Assembly: GCA_964035545.1 (NCBI GenBank)
Contig: OZ037766.1
Span: 4,392,722-4,456,721 of the forward strand
DNA: 64,000 nucleotides
Direction: 5' to 3'
DNA from: Bugula neritina
Taxonomy: Eukaryota > Animalia > Bryozoa
The translations under genes and the position numbers were made by a program. The notes under the pieces were generated by a model. It was not told the origin of the DNA. It searched no databases and was given only the letters and a program-made list of their open reading frames with translations. Positions 26,006 through 40,200 of this stretch are shown in pieces. How positions within the stretch are numbered: position 1 is the first letter of the stretch; each line of letters begins with the position of its first letter.

Positions 26006-26940
26006 AAATTTAAAATCGGACTTGCCTAAATTTGGACTTTGGAGTCAAAAGTTTTTCTTTCATATTCAGTTTACCAGCCAACAAATAGCTAGTAACTAAC
26101 ACAGGCAAGTTAAGCAGCTGCAAATTTTTGCTTCGTTGACAATTTAGCTGCTTATTCCAGGAAATTTAATTAATTAAATATGCAAAAGTGTGATAAAATA
26201 GTGAGTCAACACTTGGTTTCTATCTAACATTTTGTTTGCTTTGGGGCTGATTGTTATCTGCACGGAATATATTGGCATACATTACATAGAGAGGTTTATA
26301 CTATAGAAGTACGTCTGTTTGTGTATCACTAGATAAAGTGATGCAGGACTCACAGCATGTATTGACGGATATCAATAAGCAGCAGGGAGTTGGCATCAAA
26401 CATCGACAGAAGTTGACAGTCATGCAGGTTCGTAGATAATATTGTAATGCAAGTAGGTCTTGCAAATACTTGACCTCATCATTGGATCATTTTAAAAGGT
26501 AGTATAACTAGTTTTATATGCATATATACAATACTTTATTAAAATTGAGTGACAGCTATACAAAATTTATTATCGTAATAAAACCGTGTCAAACCTTTTT
26601 CAGGGGAATTGCAATTAATTTTCTGATATAATTTATTTAAATTGAGTTTCGTAATTAGCTGCAGTTTTGTAGGATAGCTATGTGCAGTGCACACTTTGAT
26701 TATTGTAGCAGGGCTAATTTTGAAAAATAATATTTTCTAAATTTCTAATAATCATTGGCCTGCTGGTAAGGTCAATGCTTCACAATTAGGTCAAGCCCAT
26801 AGATCTTCAGTTGTCTTTATAAATTTTGTTATGAAAATAATCTCTCGGGCTATATTTCTTGTTCATAATGCAGTTTTTCTCAATTTTTTTATTACATGCA
26901 GCACCTACCTCATGCTTCATTAAAATACTGTGGATCTGTG

Positions 26941-27043
<103 letters not shown>

Positions 27044-27093
27044 CAGAGCAGAGTTTATAACATATAGAAAGAACTATAACATTTGATTAAAAC

Positions 27094-27194
27094 ATTTTAT
27101 TACCAGTAGTTTTATGTGTTCATGTCACAAACACCAGATAAAGTTTTTATCTAGGAATTGTGGTATGAACACATAAAACTACTGGTAATAAAAT
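27094..27194. repeat. Long inverted repeat (30-bp perfect arms)
   Basis: attttattaccagtagttttatgtgttcat (27094-27123) / atgaacacataaaactactggtaataaaat (27165-27194). Confidence 0.92.
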
Positions 27195-30100
27195 ATTTCA
27201 ACTTTTATGACACATTTGATAAAGGTTGTGATAAATAAAGTGCTAGCGTTTTGTATGGTATAAGTTTATCTTCGGGCCACTGCAGGGTAGCACAGAGTTG
27301 TTAGAGTAAACTAACAATCCTTCACCTTTATTAGGAAAAGATAAAAACTATAAACTTTTCTGTTGTATAAACTATGCCTTCAGTTTATAATTGTATATTA
27401 TATTATATAATTATATTATATTATATTATGAAGCTTATACTACAATACTTTAAAACTAAAGTTGCGAACATAATAATGTACAGATTACAAAAATCTTTAA
27501 AATTGGGGCAGATGTAGGCTATATTTTCATTTAACGATAAAAATATTACCCTTTTTTCATCTACTTGTGTGCTACTATAAAACTACACTTTTATATAAAT
27601 TCACTCTCAACACTGCACATTAATAGCATTATCATATATTAGTTGAAAATAAATATTTTCAATTTGTGTAGCAAATAATTTTCTTAGGCTTAAACACTTT
27701 AATTGGGTGGATTCTTGTCAGCATTACATAGACATGGCTGACAAGCCATTACATACTAAACATAGCATAGGTACAACTTAATAGTTCCACTATTTGCTGC
27801 CACTAAGGTTCCTATATCTCAAGCTCTGACAGTGAAACTGTCAGCGAACTTGAGTCTACAATATAAAAACATATTCCCTGATGAATTGTTGATGTCTATC
27901 ACAGACCAATTGGCTATAAACTGTACTTTGAGTAGATGTCATTGCACAATCAAGATGTGTTTTATCCTAGAGGGCTGAATTATAAACAAATATAGCATAT
28001 AACATCTGTTATGATGTATACAGTGCAATATTAGTATGTTTATAATTACTTTGTTCTATTATGTAGTTTAGATATAAAATAATATTAAGACTAGTTGGAC
28101 AAATGTACCTAAAACAGTCTCAAACATAAGTGTACGAATATAGAATATGTTTAAATAACAAAATTGCAAGTGAAACTTACATAGGTAAAAGATTTGCAAT
28201 TTTACAAGGGATAGCTAGCGTCGCATACAGCTGATCTAGTAAGATGGCAAAAACTAGGATCAGTGTCATGTGGTAGTAGTTTATTGTTATACTCAGCCAA
28301 TAAAGATGCTAGGTAAAGTCATGTGATGATTTTATTCTCTAGCTGTCTTGCTTGTTCACAAGTTTTGTAATATAAGTACAATTATTTTATACATGAAAAA
28401 CGGTACACACATTCACTCATTAATATAATAACTACAGTCAAAAAATAGTATAATACGTAGGGCCTAATTGGTGGGCCTTATTACATCATTTGTATTATGT
28501 TAACCCCTTACAACGTATTCGGTTATTATACACTTGGTACCAAGTATGAAGTTACTCACTAAATTTAAGTTCAACCCATTTTATAGTGTCTACATAGTGA
28601 AACATTCACAACGGTAATCTTGTATAAGGCTGCAGTGTAACTTTAATGTGCATATTAATAGCTTGTAATTTGTGTTACATATCTTTGATTATTACATCTG
28701 AAATCCCACATGGGTATTAGAATACCTGCAGGCACCTGAACTGTCTGGTTACCTCATTTAGTGATGATAATGCGTGGAACTTGATGTGTAGGCTTCATGA
28801 TATGCTTTACCTCCGGTCAACTGCGTTCTACCACATGTCAGCTTAAAAATTTAAAGAAGGAGCAAAAGAAAATTTATAATATCATTATCCCAAATAAGTT
28901 GATATTTTTTGCTAAGATTTACAAATTATATTCAAATAATTTTCAAATAAATTCAGTTGTATGAAAATATAATATTGCAATATAGTCTAGCAATTTGAGC
29001 AAAGCCGCACAAAATTTGGCATAATAAACTATCAGGAAAACCATTATTTTAGTGCATTGGTATTAAAACACTTTAATTGCCTCTCCCCCCACCCTTTCCC
29101 CTATACCCCCTACCCTCTACCCTCTACCCGCCACACCCCAACCCTTACCTTTTTCATTCTGTCATAATAAATCTAGCAAATAATTTATAGGCATTATAAA
29201 TAATTCAAACAACATGAGATAAAGCTGTTATAAATCATGCAAGTAGCACAACTGCAGTAATTATAAATCATTTCTCTCTCGAGATAATATCCAGTAGACA
29301 GAACTCTTTATATAAAATTTGTTCTACTCATAGATTGTGCTACAACTTTACTTTAACAAGAGCTCAGTGTATGACAATAAACCTTTCTTTCTCTCAAGCA
29401 TGTTAGAGCAGTAAAAACTTTATACACTACAAACTATCTGCCAACTCTTGAGTATAACAACAATCTTCATGTAGCCAACTGGTCCCTTGTGCTTTGTGCT
29501 GATTCTTGCTTGCCAACATATTTTCATTTTCCAGCATGGAAATAATTTGCTAATTGGCATAGTAAGAGTAATGCAAACACCACCAAAGTTTCACTTTTTT
29601 CAAATTTGAAATAACTGTTGTTGTAAGTATGCAATTAGATAGTTTGTAGCAGATGAATAAACTAGATAATTTGGTACTATTTATTATAACTCCATTTCTC
29701 TAACATCCCCTCCCATATGTTTATATTGATGTCTATGGATTTTATGTTCTTTGTAGGAATATGTGTTTACCTTAGCATCTATGTTTATATAATCATGTGT
29801 AGTCTACTTGAAATAATTTGATTGCAAGATATAGCTTTTGCTTACAATTACAAGGGCGAGTGATAACTTGTATGAATCAGTTCTAACCTGGCGTGATTTT
29901 CAACCTGTTGCCAAAGCAAAACCGTTTTCAATTGCCTGATTCAACTTATTCTAATACAAATTTTTGATTGTCAAAATCAACACAGACTACTCTTAATACA
30001 AACCATGAAACAAAATTTCTTGTGAGAAATAACCCAATACTAAAGCTACCAAATTTGCTTAAATTAGACAAAATAGTTACTTGAGTTGTCCTGACATTTA

Positions 30101-30238
30101 ATATAAGGTTTAATAACCTTTAAAAGTAGAGCATGTGTGAAATGCATGATTTTAGGGACATAATGCTACCCCGCATATCTAACAATTATAATTTGTTTGT
30201 ACAAGAAGGTCTTGATAAATTATAAGAAAATGTAATGC

Positions 30239-30465
30239 ATGTAGTGTAAGTGTGTAGTGTAAGTATGTAGTGTAAGTGTGTAGTGTAAGTGTGTAGTGTA
30301 AGTATGTAGTGTAAGTATGTAGTGTAAGTATGTAGTGTGAGTATGTAGTGTAAGTATGTAGTGTAAGTATGTAGTGTAAGTATGTAGTGTAAGTATGTAG
30401 TGTAAGTATGTAGTGTAAGTATGTAGTGTAAGTATGTAGTGTAAGTATGTAGTGTAAGTATGTAT
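30239..30465. repeat. 13-bp minisatellite (GTATGTAGTGTAA)n, ~17 copies
   Basis: Direct reading. Confidence 0.95.
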
Positions 30466-31372
30466 TAGCTATTTCAACATGTTAAATAGTATCTGGTTGA
30501 AAATCGTTGTCTTTAAAGAACATTTCCCAGCTTGAATTTATAGAATACTTCAGGTTATCAAAGCAATAACCTGAAGTATTATGAAAGCAGACGGGAATAT
30601 TGATGTTTATTACGCTGCTTCAAGAAATACTATTAAATTGGTTTCTCATCTTTAGTTGTATTATTCAGAAAATATAGACCCTTACAAATATCTTAAATGA
30701 TATTCTATGCACTCAATAGTTCAATGATGCAGACTAATCACAAGCTTAATTAAATATTAACTTACCTTGCTGAAAATATAATGTCACCGTGATCAATACA
30801 TCAGACTTTCTCTCTCTATGCGTATAAAACATGTAATTTTAATCTTACATTTACAATCTAAAGTTGAACTTCATAATTTCTATTTTAATCGATTCGATAA
30901 AACTTATATGCCGAGGCAGCTACAGTCACACAGGAGAATGTAAAGACATCCGCCATCTTGCCATGCAATAAGCTTATGCTCTGCTTGTTCTGATATTTAT
31001 TAGCTAATTATCACATCTCTATATTAAACTGGCCTGAGAATGGCTTTTCGCTCACACAGACTTAGGACGGCAGCTACTGTCAGCATGGCGGACAAGGTAA
31101 GGCTTCATAAAATACAGTTTTTGAATGCAAATTTTTCTTGTTCTCAATATTAAGGTATTTTTTCAATAAGTCAGTGTAGTTAGAGATTTCTCTAAATTAA
31201 GCTTCTTAAGAAAAGTTTGAAATTATCAATTTTTATTGGCTGAAGGTTATTGGGATGTATGTGATAAATTTACAAACTTTGTTAAAGACACTGAAGCAAA
31301 TTTTCTTCTCTCCCCCTTCTATAAGAAATTACATGAAATTTGTTGTACTATACACTTAAAATAAGTCATACT

Positions 31373-31605
31373 TGTAGAATAAAGAAGATTGTAGAATAGA
31401 GTATATTGTAGAATAAAGAAGATTGTAGAATAGAGTATTTTGTAAAATAGAGTAGATTAAGTAGAACAGAGTATATTGTAGAATAGAGTATTTTGCAGAA
31501 TAGAGTATTTTGTAGAATAGAGTATTTTGCAGAATAGAGTATTTTGTAGAATAGAGTAGATTGTATAGAATAGAGTTTATTGTAGAATTGAGAGCGTTGT
31601 AGAAT
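31373..31605. repeat. ~18-bp minisatellite (TTGTAGAATAGAGTATT-like)
   Basis: Direct reading; produces the spurious ORF 31356-31634. Confidence 0.9.
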
Positions 31606-33715
31606 TCATGGAGAACATTAGAAAAGTGAACCATATTACCATTATATTATACTGATTTTGCTAGTTTTTCACTGTAGAAACCATTTTATAAGGTAAAACA
31701 GTATAATTGATACTAAATAATTTGTAAATAGCTTATCTAATTGGGAGTTATTGTTCCTGTTTAAAAATCAATATTCGGCTCATAGTTTCTTAGCATGTAA
31801 AAATATTGTACAGTTCAGTGAAAATTTGTAGTCGATTCTACATAATATCAACATATTGTTATTTTACGATGTAGTTTTATTTTAACGTGCCCTACATTTC
31901 GATTTGGTTGCGGTTTTGTTTTGGTTGACAACAGGAAATAAAAATAACTTGATAATCCGTTTTGTAGAAAGAAATTAAAAACAGAAAAATATTGCAAATA
32001 TTTCAAGTCATTCAGCATATAAATAACAGCTTTTTAGTTCCGATCTGATAGGTCATCACAAATTTGTTTATAACGCCACTGAAACTTTTAAAGCATGTCC
32101 ATTATGTATTTGCCCATTTGGCACTTCATGCATTATGGCTGCCATGTTTGATTTGATGATGTCAGAAAACATAATGTATGGTTAAACACACATTGTATCC
32201 CATCAGCTTCATGGGGTATTATTTACTCTACATAATTTATTATTGATAAGATCTCTCACATTATATATTCATATTAGTTTATAATAATTATAAAGGTATT
32301 GTGTTACATGCTTGGTGTTTATACACAGTAAATGCACATAAAGTTTTAAATCTATATTTCTAATCTGTAGCCGAGGAAACGTCTAGCCTTGTTTTCACTG
32401 ATTATTTCCTCTAAATTAAAAGTGCTAAAAGCATCAAAGTGACTACTAAGTAAAATACTAAAATATATATAAGAAGAAGAAAAGTTAGTAAAGCTACAAG
32501 TCTAGGCCAGCAATACATCTCTTTCTAGAAGACTTGGAAATATATTGATTTTAATTTTATTTCTTTAATTTAAAATATATAAAAAGGAATTTATATTTTT
32601 TTGTAATGTTACTAGTTTATGGATTTAGTGCATGCAGAAAGACTAACAGCACAGGCTTCTCTGTGTTTGTCATTTATTATCACAATTCATAAAATCAGCA
32701 TTAAAAAAACTTTGACACCAATTTGACTGCTAGAAAAAAACTTTGTAAAAATATGCTTAATAAGTCATGGACCAGCTTCCCAAAATGCAGTGCAATATAG
32801 GTATAATACTACACTCATAATGTAGACTGTATAGGAGACCCAATGCAGTAGTTTGTCTTACTATAAAGACTTAGGAGAAGATTTAAAGTTTATTGGAGGT
32901 CAAATCTTCAGCTCATATATTGTTTTACTATAAACTTCTTTCAAGGCTATAGCTTAATAGCCAGGTGACTGTAATATGCAGTAGGGCGTTTCAACTCTAT
33001 CTAACATTTCTCCTAACAATCTCTGTTATAATATAATGGATAATAGCTAGGAAACAAATGCATAGTAAAACCATGTATGGGTTGAAGATTTCTATCCCTT
33101 CAAACTTCACAATTTTAGAGAATTTTAGGGTAGAGCCTAAAGCTCACATTTCTGTGGTGCCAAAAATATGTCACGTTTCAAGCTTACTGTATCTTTCTAA
33201 TATAAATTTATAATTTTATTCAACAATAGACTGAACGGTTAATTCTAATCTTCTTTTTACATATTATGTTAGGTGTAGTAGAGAATTTTGGTTTGCTTTA
33301 AATATTGTAATTCTTGGTACTAGGCAATGGTTATGCCATTATTACAACTTACAATACTGTCTACAGATTGCTATTTAATATCAATGATGTATGCTGTCAG
33401 CAGCACTAGTAAGATGCTAATTAGTTAGAGCATCAACTTTGTGGATTATGTTGTTGCTAGACCTCTACTGCTAATCCTCTACAGTAGTATGTTGAATTCA
33501 CTCTAGACTCCTTGTGGTGTAGATATACTAATTTTCAGTTGTACTTACATTGCCTTTACTTCTAAACTGCCTCCAGGTTTACTCACTGTAACCTAACTTA
33601 CTTAAAATAATCATCTCAATGACAAGCATAAACATTATGAGTTTCGGTTACAATTTTCAAATTGCACAGACCAATGTTAGCTACTAGGTTAAAGCATGAA
33701 GTTAGAATAATCACA

Positions 33716-34013
33716 TAGTATAGCATAACATAGCACAGTATGATATAGCACTCTATAGCACAGTATAGCACAGTATAGTATTGCATAGTATAGCATAGCA
33801 TAGTATAGAATAATATAGCATAACAAAGCATAATTATAGCACAGCATAGTATAGCATGACATACGCTACCCGGACAGGACAAAGCGGAGATAGGTGAGAA
33901 TAGTATAGCATGACATAGCATAGTATAGTATAGTATAGTATAGCATGACATAGCATAGTATAGTATAGTATAGTATAGCATGACATAGTATAGCATAGCA
34001 TAGTATAGTATAG
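33716..34013. repeat. Degenerate pentanucleotide (TAGTA/TAGCA)n
   Basis: Direct reading; produces the spurious ORF 33616-33996. Confidence 0.9.
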
Positions 34014-35739
34014 TTTGCAGTACTAGCTATATGTAGTCTTCAACAAAATATATTGTTGTAAAGAAACTTGCTTACTATATTATGTAAAAATATATTTTAA
34101 AAATACTTTTACTGCTAATGGAGCAAGTTGTTAACAAAAACATGCATCACTCAAAATAAACTAAAAGAGTATATATTTTATAAAATATGTTTTAATAGCA
34201 ATATAATAACTAATAATAATTATTTTTCTAAGCTAAAAACTTGAATACGTTGTCTAGCACAACAATTCACAGCTGTACTCAAAATTTTATTTCATTTTCA
34301 TAAATTTTCAACAGTTTAACATAAGCAATACAGGTCTATGCACAAGGGTGCTAATGTCCTAAGGATATAAACATTTCTTTCATTTAGCATTATTATCTAC
34401 TGTATTTATTACAGATCAGATGTGTTTTATACACAACAATTTAAAAATGCGTACATATGTGTTGCATGTATAGCAATTTATTTGGCAGCGTATTTGTTTA
34501 GTATAAAGTAAAACTTACTCAAATTGATGCTGTTTAAACAGACCACCCACTTAGTGCTTCAAAAATTACTGGCTTTAAAACAGTATCTATTCACTATTAG
34601 ACATATAATATTTGCTCTAGAAATATGCTTGCTAATCAATACACACTTTCAAGGCTGACAAAAAAATAATGACTTGAAGCATGAAATTTAATTTTAATAC
34701 CAATAAATTGCTGCTTATGAACATTTTTGAGCTAGGTAATAGCTCTAATCGATGTGCAATTACTTTATACAGAACTGTTACACCTTTGGATGCACGCATT
34801 AGGAGTTATATTATTAAAATTACCATAAAGTGATTGCTGCACTAAAATGTTACTCAACTAATGAATTTTTACAATAGACCAATCACTATCATAGACATAT
34901 CCATAGACCAAATCTTTCAACAAAATGCTTTGAACAATGTTTAGGGTTACAATCTTTCAATGTGCCTATCACGAATCACATATATTTGCATTAGGTACTC
35001 ACTTACACAGTATTGTAACAGACTCATGAGGTATTTAGGTTATATGCTCCATGTATATAAAGTGTCATTGTAATAGTGTGTTGACGCAAACCTTTTATTG
35101 CATATGTAAACAATTAAAGAATACTAAATAAATATTTCTAATGCATGAAAGCAAATTTCCTTTTTTGTTTTATATAATATATCAATAGAGCGGCTTTATT
35201 TTTCTCGCCTTCAGAAAGTCAATTTAAACTCAATTACAGTGTTCGTCTAGGGTTTTGCCTGTAGTCACGTATGTCATGGTTTGCTAATGGACACCTCCTT
35301 TAGCCATGATATCTTTGCTTTTCTAATGAGTAACATTTACAAATAACTAAACGATTGACATGCTACGTAAGGAGCGATACCTGCCACCTTTACCCAGCTA
35401 CGAGTATAAGTTTGCGGTAAGTTTTCTAACACTTAGAGAGGCTTGACTTGCTCTCCTTTTTCTTGCAAACTTTTAAAACAATGTTATAGATTATTTCAGC
35501 ATTTGTTCTGTAAATAAATGGTGATCTGTAGCTGTATTTTCTGTACTAAATGCAACATTTTGTCTTGCCAATGTTGACCAAGCAACCAGTACCAGTTTTA
35601 TTAAAGTGAAAAGAAATTTCTGAAAGTAATTATTGCACTGCTTATATTCGCCTCCTTTTTTAATTCTACATTGGCTGGCTGAGTGAAATAGGTTTTGCAA
35701 TATAACAATATGTCCTATAGGCTTGTATTGCACAATCAA

Positions 35740-35940
35740 CACTATATATATTATATTTTATAGCTTTATATTACACACCCAATACTGTATATTACACCAT
35801 ATAACTTTATATTACACACCCAATACTGTATATTATACCGTATAACCTTATATTACAAAGTCCACACTATATATTATAACCTATAGCTTTATATTACATA
35901 CTCTACACTGTATATTCTATACCATATAATTCTGTAATAT
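35740..35940. repeat. Degenerate ~20/42-bp tandem repeat (TATATTACAC...)
   Basis: tatattacacacccaatactgtatatta repeated. Confidence 0.75.
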
Positions 35941-37221
35941 ACAAACTGCTGCTTTACTCACTTCACACTCTCAAGTATTAGATGGTGTCTTATTTCTTAA
36001 TGGCTGCCATGTATGAACCGGCATCTCTTTCAACTTGATCTACCGCTTGAGTGCTGCCTACATATTGGGTTCTTTTCTATTGAAATCATAATAAGACAAT
36101 GACTTTCATTACAAGCTTCAACATTCAATAGCACTTTTCAGCTCTTCATATCGTATATATGTGTGTCTAGTGTCTGGCATTATTATACTATATACGTGTG
36201 TTCTGATACGTATGTGTGCGTGTAGTATATCTGCATATATAATCAATAAAATCAGTGTATATAAAATTATAGGTTCGCCTTAACATTGGTACAAGTAATT
36301 TGGTGAATGCAGTGGAAATTAGTCTAGCACTTGATGCGTAGCTGCGAAGCAAGGGTTATGTACATGGAGTTATAACAGTGGTTTACTGACGTACTTGCTA
36401 CTGGTGTATACTCTATACATACTATAATATAACGTGTATAAACTATATATAGCATATAAACTATATAGAGAAGATACTATATGTTATGTATATATAATAT
36501 ATAACATAGACGAACCACTTATTGTACTGCTAAGACCGCGTATCTTAAACTAATTCTTACAAATGGATTTGGCAGCAAAATATGGCTAAATATAAGCTGT
36601 CGACAATGTCCGTGCTGCCTCCACTCAAAGTAGGTGTCACTCTTCTGTTTAGTTTGAATTTCCTGTACTCCACTGATGATAGTTCATAGTTTTTCGTAAC
36701 AGTTATAGTTTTCAAAATTTTAAAGGCATAAAGTAGCAGTAAGTATTAAATTGTAGCTTTGAGAACCATTAAGGTATGAATACATCATATAGCTTAGTAT
36801 ATATACTCTTTTGTTTTGTATTATTCCATATATTATGTGAATTTGTTTAGTGCAGCAGTGAAACAATGCATACAGTTTGAGTTTTAATATTCTTTTCAAA
36901 ACTACGAGTTCAGGATACAGAACTTTATCTGTCTGATCGGCTCAACATGCATTATTAGTCTCATAATCAAGTTTGGGTGGTCATACTTACACTTCACTAC
37001 ATTAGTGGATAACTAAGGCTAAAAACAGGCACTAGCCACTGTCTCTCTATCCTATCTTTTCTTCTTTCTAGAACATTTAGATCACATGTAGGCTCTTCCT
37101 AGTTTGCCCGTTACTGCACCGATCCGAGGAGTTTACATTAGACTGTGGTTCACTCAGTTCCCCCCCCCCCCACCTGGCAAGAACAATTAACCTTGGCTGA
37201 CAATCTTATGTTATGTTGCAG

Positions 37222-40200
37222 AGTCCACAAACTAATACAATCAACAGATCCCACAGATTAGGGGACGGGTTGAGTAGGTACCCCACTCAGATATCAATAG
37301 CCAACCCTAAAGGGAAGAGTAAAAGTCATCACCATCACAGCACAGAGGTTAGTATCTCTCATGGGTGTGAAGACATTTCATATAGCCATAATTTCTCATC
37401 ACGTGGAGAGGGGAGGTTTGAGCACGTCTCGAATGGTCATTTACATTAACCGATATTTTATGTAGACATGAATTTTTAATTCTCCTGAAAATATATCCTA
37501 AACTCAATTGTATTATATTTTATTGACGTACAGTTTGTTAAGGGCACAAAATCAATAGCAATTTAAATTGAAATATTAACTACAGCTTGTGACATTTGCA
37601 GATATTGTATTCTTATATAATGAAGATTTACCTCAACAGGTAATACCTGTACATACTTGTGCCTTGTTACAAGCTGTTTAGCTTCTCTTTACGACAATTT
37701 CTCATATTGCAAACCATGAAACTTGTATTAAAAATTTGAACTGGCTGCCCAGGAAATAAAGTAAAAATTGATTTATTGGAGTCTAGCCGGAGTTTGTAAT
37801 CTATTCATCACACAAAAAGTTGAATCTTTAATATATTTTCCCAGCATCTCACTACTTTCAGCAGCTTGTTATAAAATTGATATTACATTCTGTTTGCTTT
37901 CTTATAACAACCAATCATTTATTTATTGAAGAGCAATTTTATGAAAATGTTTTGTAAAGTTTTGTAAAGAGAAATCTTTGAAGGCTGCTTTTAAGTAAAA
38001 CAACGTATAGCAACTTATTGCTTTACTTGGACGTTACATGGCAAAGAATATTAAATTTTTTGAAATCAATAAATGTAAGCTATCAACTGGTAATATTATA
38101 TTTTTTTATACAGCCACGAAATATCAAATGGCATTTATCCATGCTTAACTCACCTTAAATTAAACACTAATAAAAATATTGCATGTATTTGTTTTGCACC
38201 TGTCACAGTATTGACAAAGCTATTTCAGGCTGTCTTTAATACCTAGCAAACTGTCTGGAAGTCTCATGTCACTATCTAAAGCTGACCCAGCGTTGTATAC
38301 TCATTACATTTCGGCAGCAAATGATAGCGTCTCTCATTATTTTGTCGACAGCTTGAAAATAAGACCAAGTCATTACAACTACCAACTAGTAGTCACCTGA
38401 TTGCTGTCTATTATTAATTATCTTTTGCAGAAATTAGTTACAGTCTTACCATCGCTAGCAGCAGAGTCTTCTAGCAAGCCTGCCAGGCCATATCACAGCA
38501 CAAGTCACTTGCCAAGCACCAACAGTCACCTGTCAGTGTCAGTCGACCATCTTCCACAACTCAAACAAGGCACTGACAGTAACCTACTTACTCAGAACTC
38601 CATAGACAATAATGTTCGAAAGGACCCGTACGGCAACCGCTTGCCACTCACACCCCAAGGTGAAGAATTTTGCTGATGTAAAACTTTTGGGCAGTTTCTT
38701 ACTTATCAAGGTTATTAAATGAAAATGTTGTAAAAATAACTCTAATAATCAGAAAACAATGCAATCAAAATGTGCAACTATAGCTTTTAAAACATCCAGT
38801 CCTTGTGACTGTGCATTTGAATTTACTTGCTAGTTAGCTCATCATTTTACAGCTCTTGCTATGCGTTATATTACTGACTATATGTTTATATTACTGACTA
38901 TATGCTTATATTACTGGATATATGTTTATATTACTGAATATATGTTTATATTGCTGAATATATGTTTATATTACTGACACTACATTTATATATGTGAATA
39001 TGCATTTATATTACTAGTTGCTATACATGTATATAAAGTAAATTAGCACTAACTTCCTTTAATGTTGTATTGCAGATGCGTTAAGACTTTACCGGAACAA
39101 GCTGACAGAGTTTGAACAAACTGAAATATTAGATTACCCTGAAATCTGGTATCTGGGTTTAGACGCTACCAAAGTTCAAGGTCGCCTTGGCTCAGCGCAA
39201 AATAATGGTTTCGATGATGACAATGGTTCATATATAAAGGTACATAAGTTAGACATATTATCTGCTTGAAGAGGATAGCAACACAAGATGCGATATAAAA
39301 GCTTTAGAAACCATACTATAATTTATATTCCCAAAGTTTTCAAAAGTTTAAATATAAAGTATTCTAATCTAGATAAAATATGTTTAAGAGGGGGAGACAA
39401 AACCAATTTCATGTTTTATCAGCCATAGAATGCCATGTAAACCATTGCTTACCACAATTTTCAAGTATTTAAGTAGCAAGATGCCAGGAACATGTGAATC
39501 TTAGGTCATTGACAGCAGAAACCTGTGGGAACAACCTTTGCAACATTCTAGAGCCATTATATTAAACAATTGAATTATCTTTCAGTGTTTACTGTTCTTG
39601 AAGATGATATTATATAAGCTCAGGAAGCTGCCAATAATATTGAAGTATTGGACATTCATTATAGTCATTAAGTTATCGGTATTTACATGTACACACAGCG
39701 TTACCAACAAGGTAGAGCAATTCACTATTTAACCACATTCTATTGTTACACCTAGACTATTGTCTTAAACTTTTCGTGCCTTGACTTGAAAATGACTAAC
39801 CACCCCGAAATCCTTTGGATGACTTAGGGTAAAGGCAGCAAAATTTAATTACATTAATATTAAAGACAGGATTTCACGATCAATTCATTATGTTCTTATA
39901 TTAGGAATGCGATTATCAATTAGCTCAGGCATTACATGACTGCCTCCATAATAGTGTCTTTATTCTCGAGTCCTTTGTTTGTGATTTTGCACCAACTGAA
40001 CTCGTGTGCTGCCTACAGCAGCCTTTGTTTGTTACTTCAAAGCAGTATAAGAAATTATTTTGTAAGAAAATCTATAAATCTATTAGGCTTATACAATTTG
40101 CAGCAACTGATTAGCACGTGCTCCTAAATCTTAGCTAAGATTTAGCTTCATGAAGAAAATCTCAATTACCTAGCTTAGCTGAGCTCCAAGAAATGTACAG

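Noticed and set aside
38229-38400. Additional DYRK4 exon ([11 protein letters not shown]...)
   Set aside because: Acceptor phase is incompatible with the upstream exon and the donor is weak; could be another first exon but unsupported.
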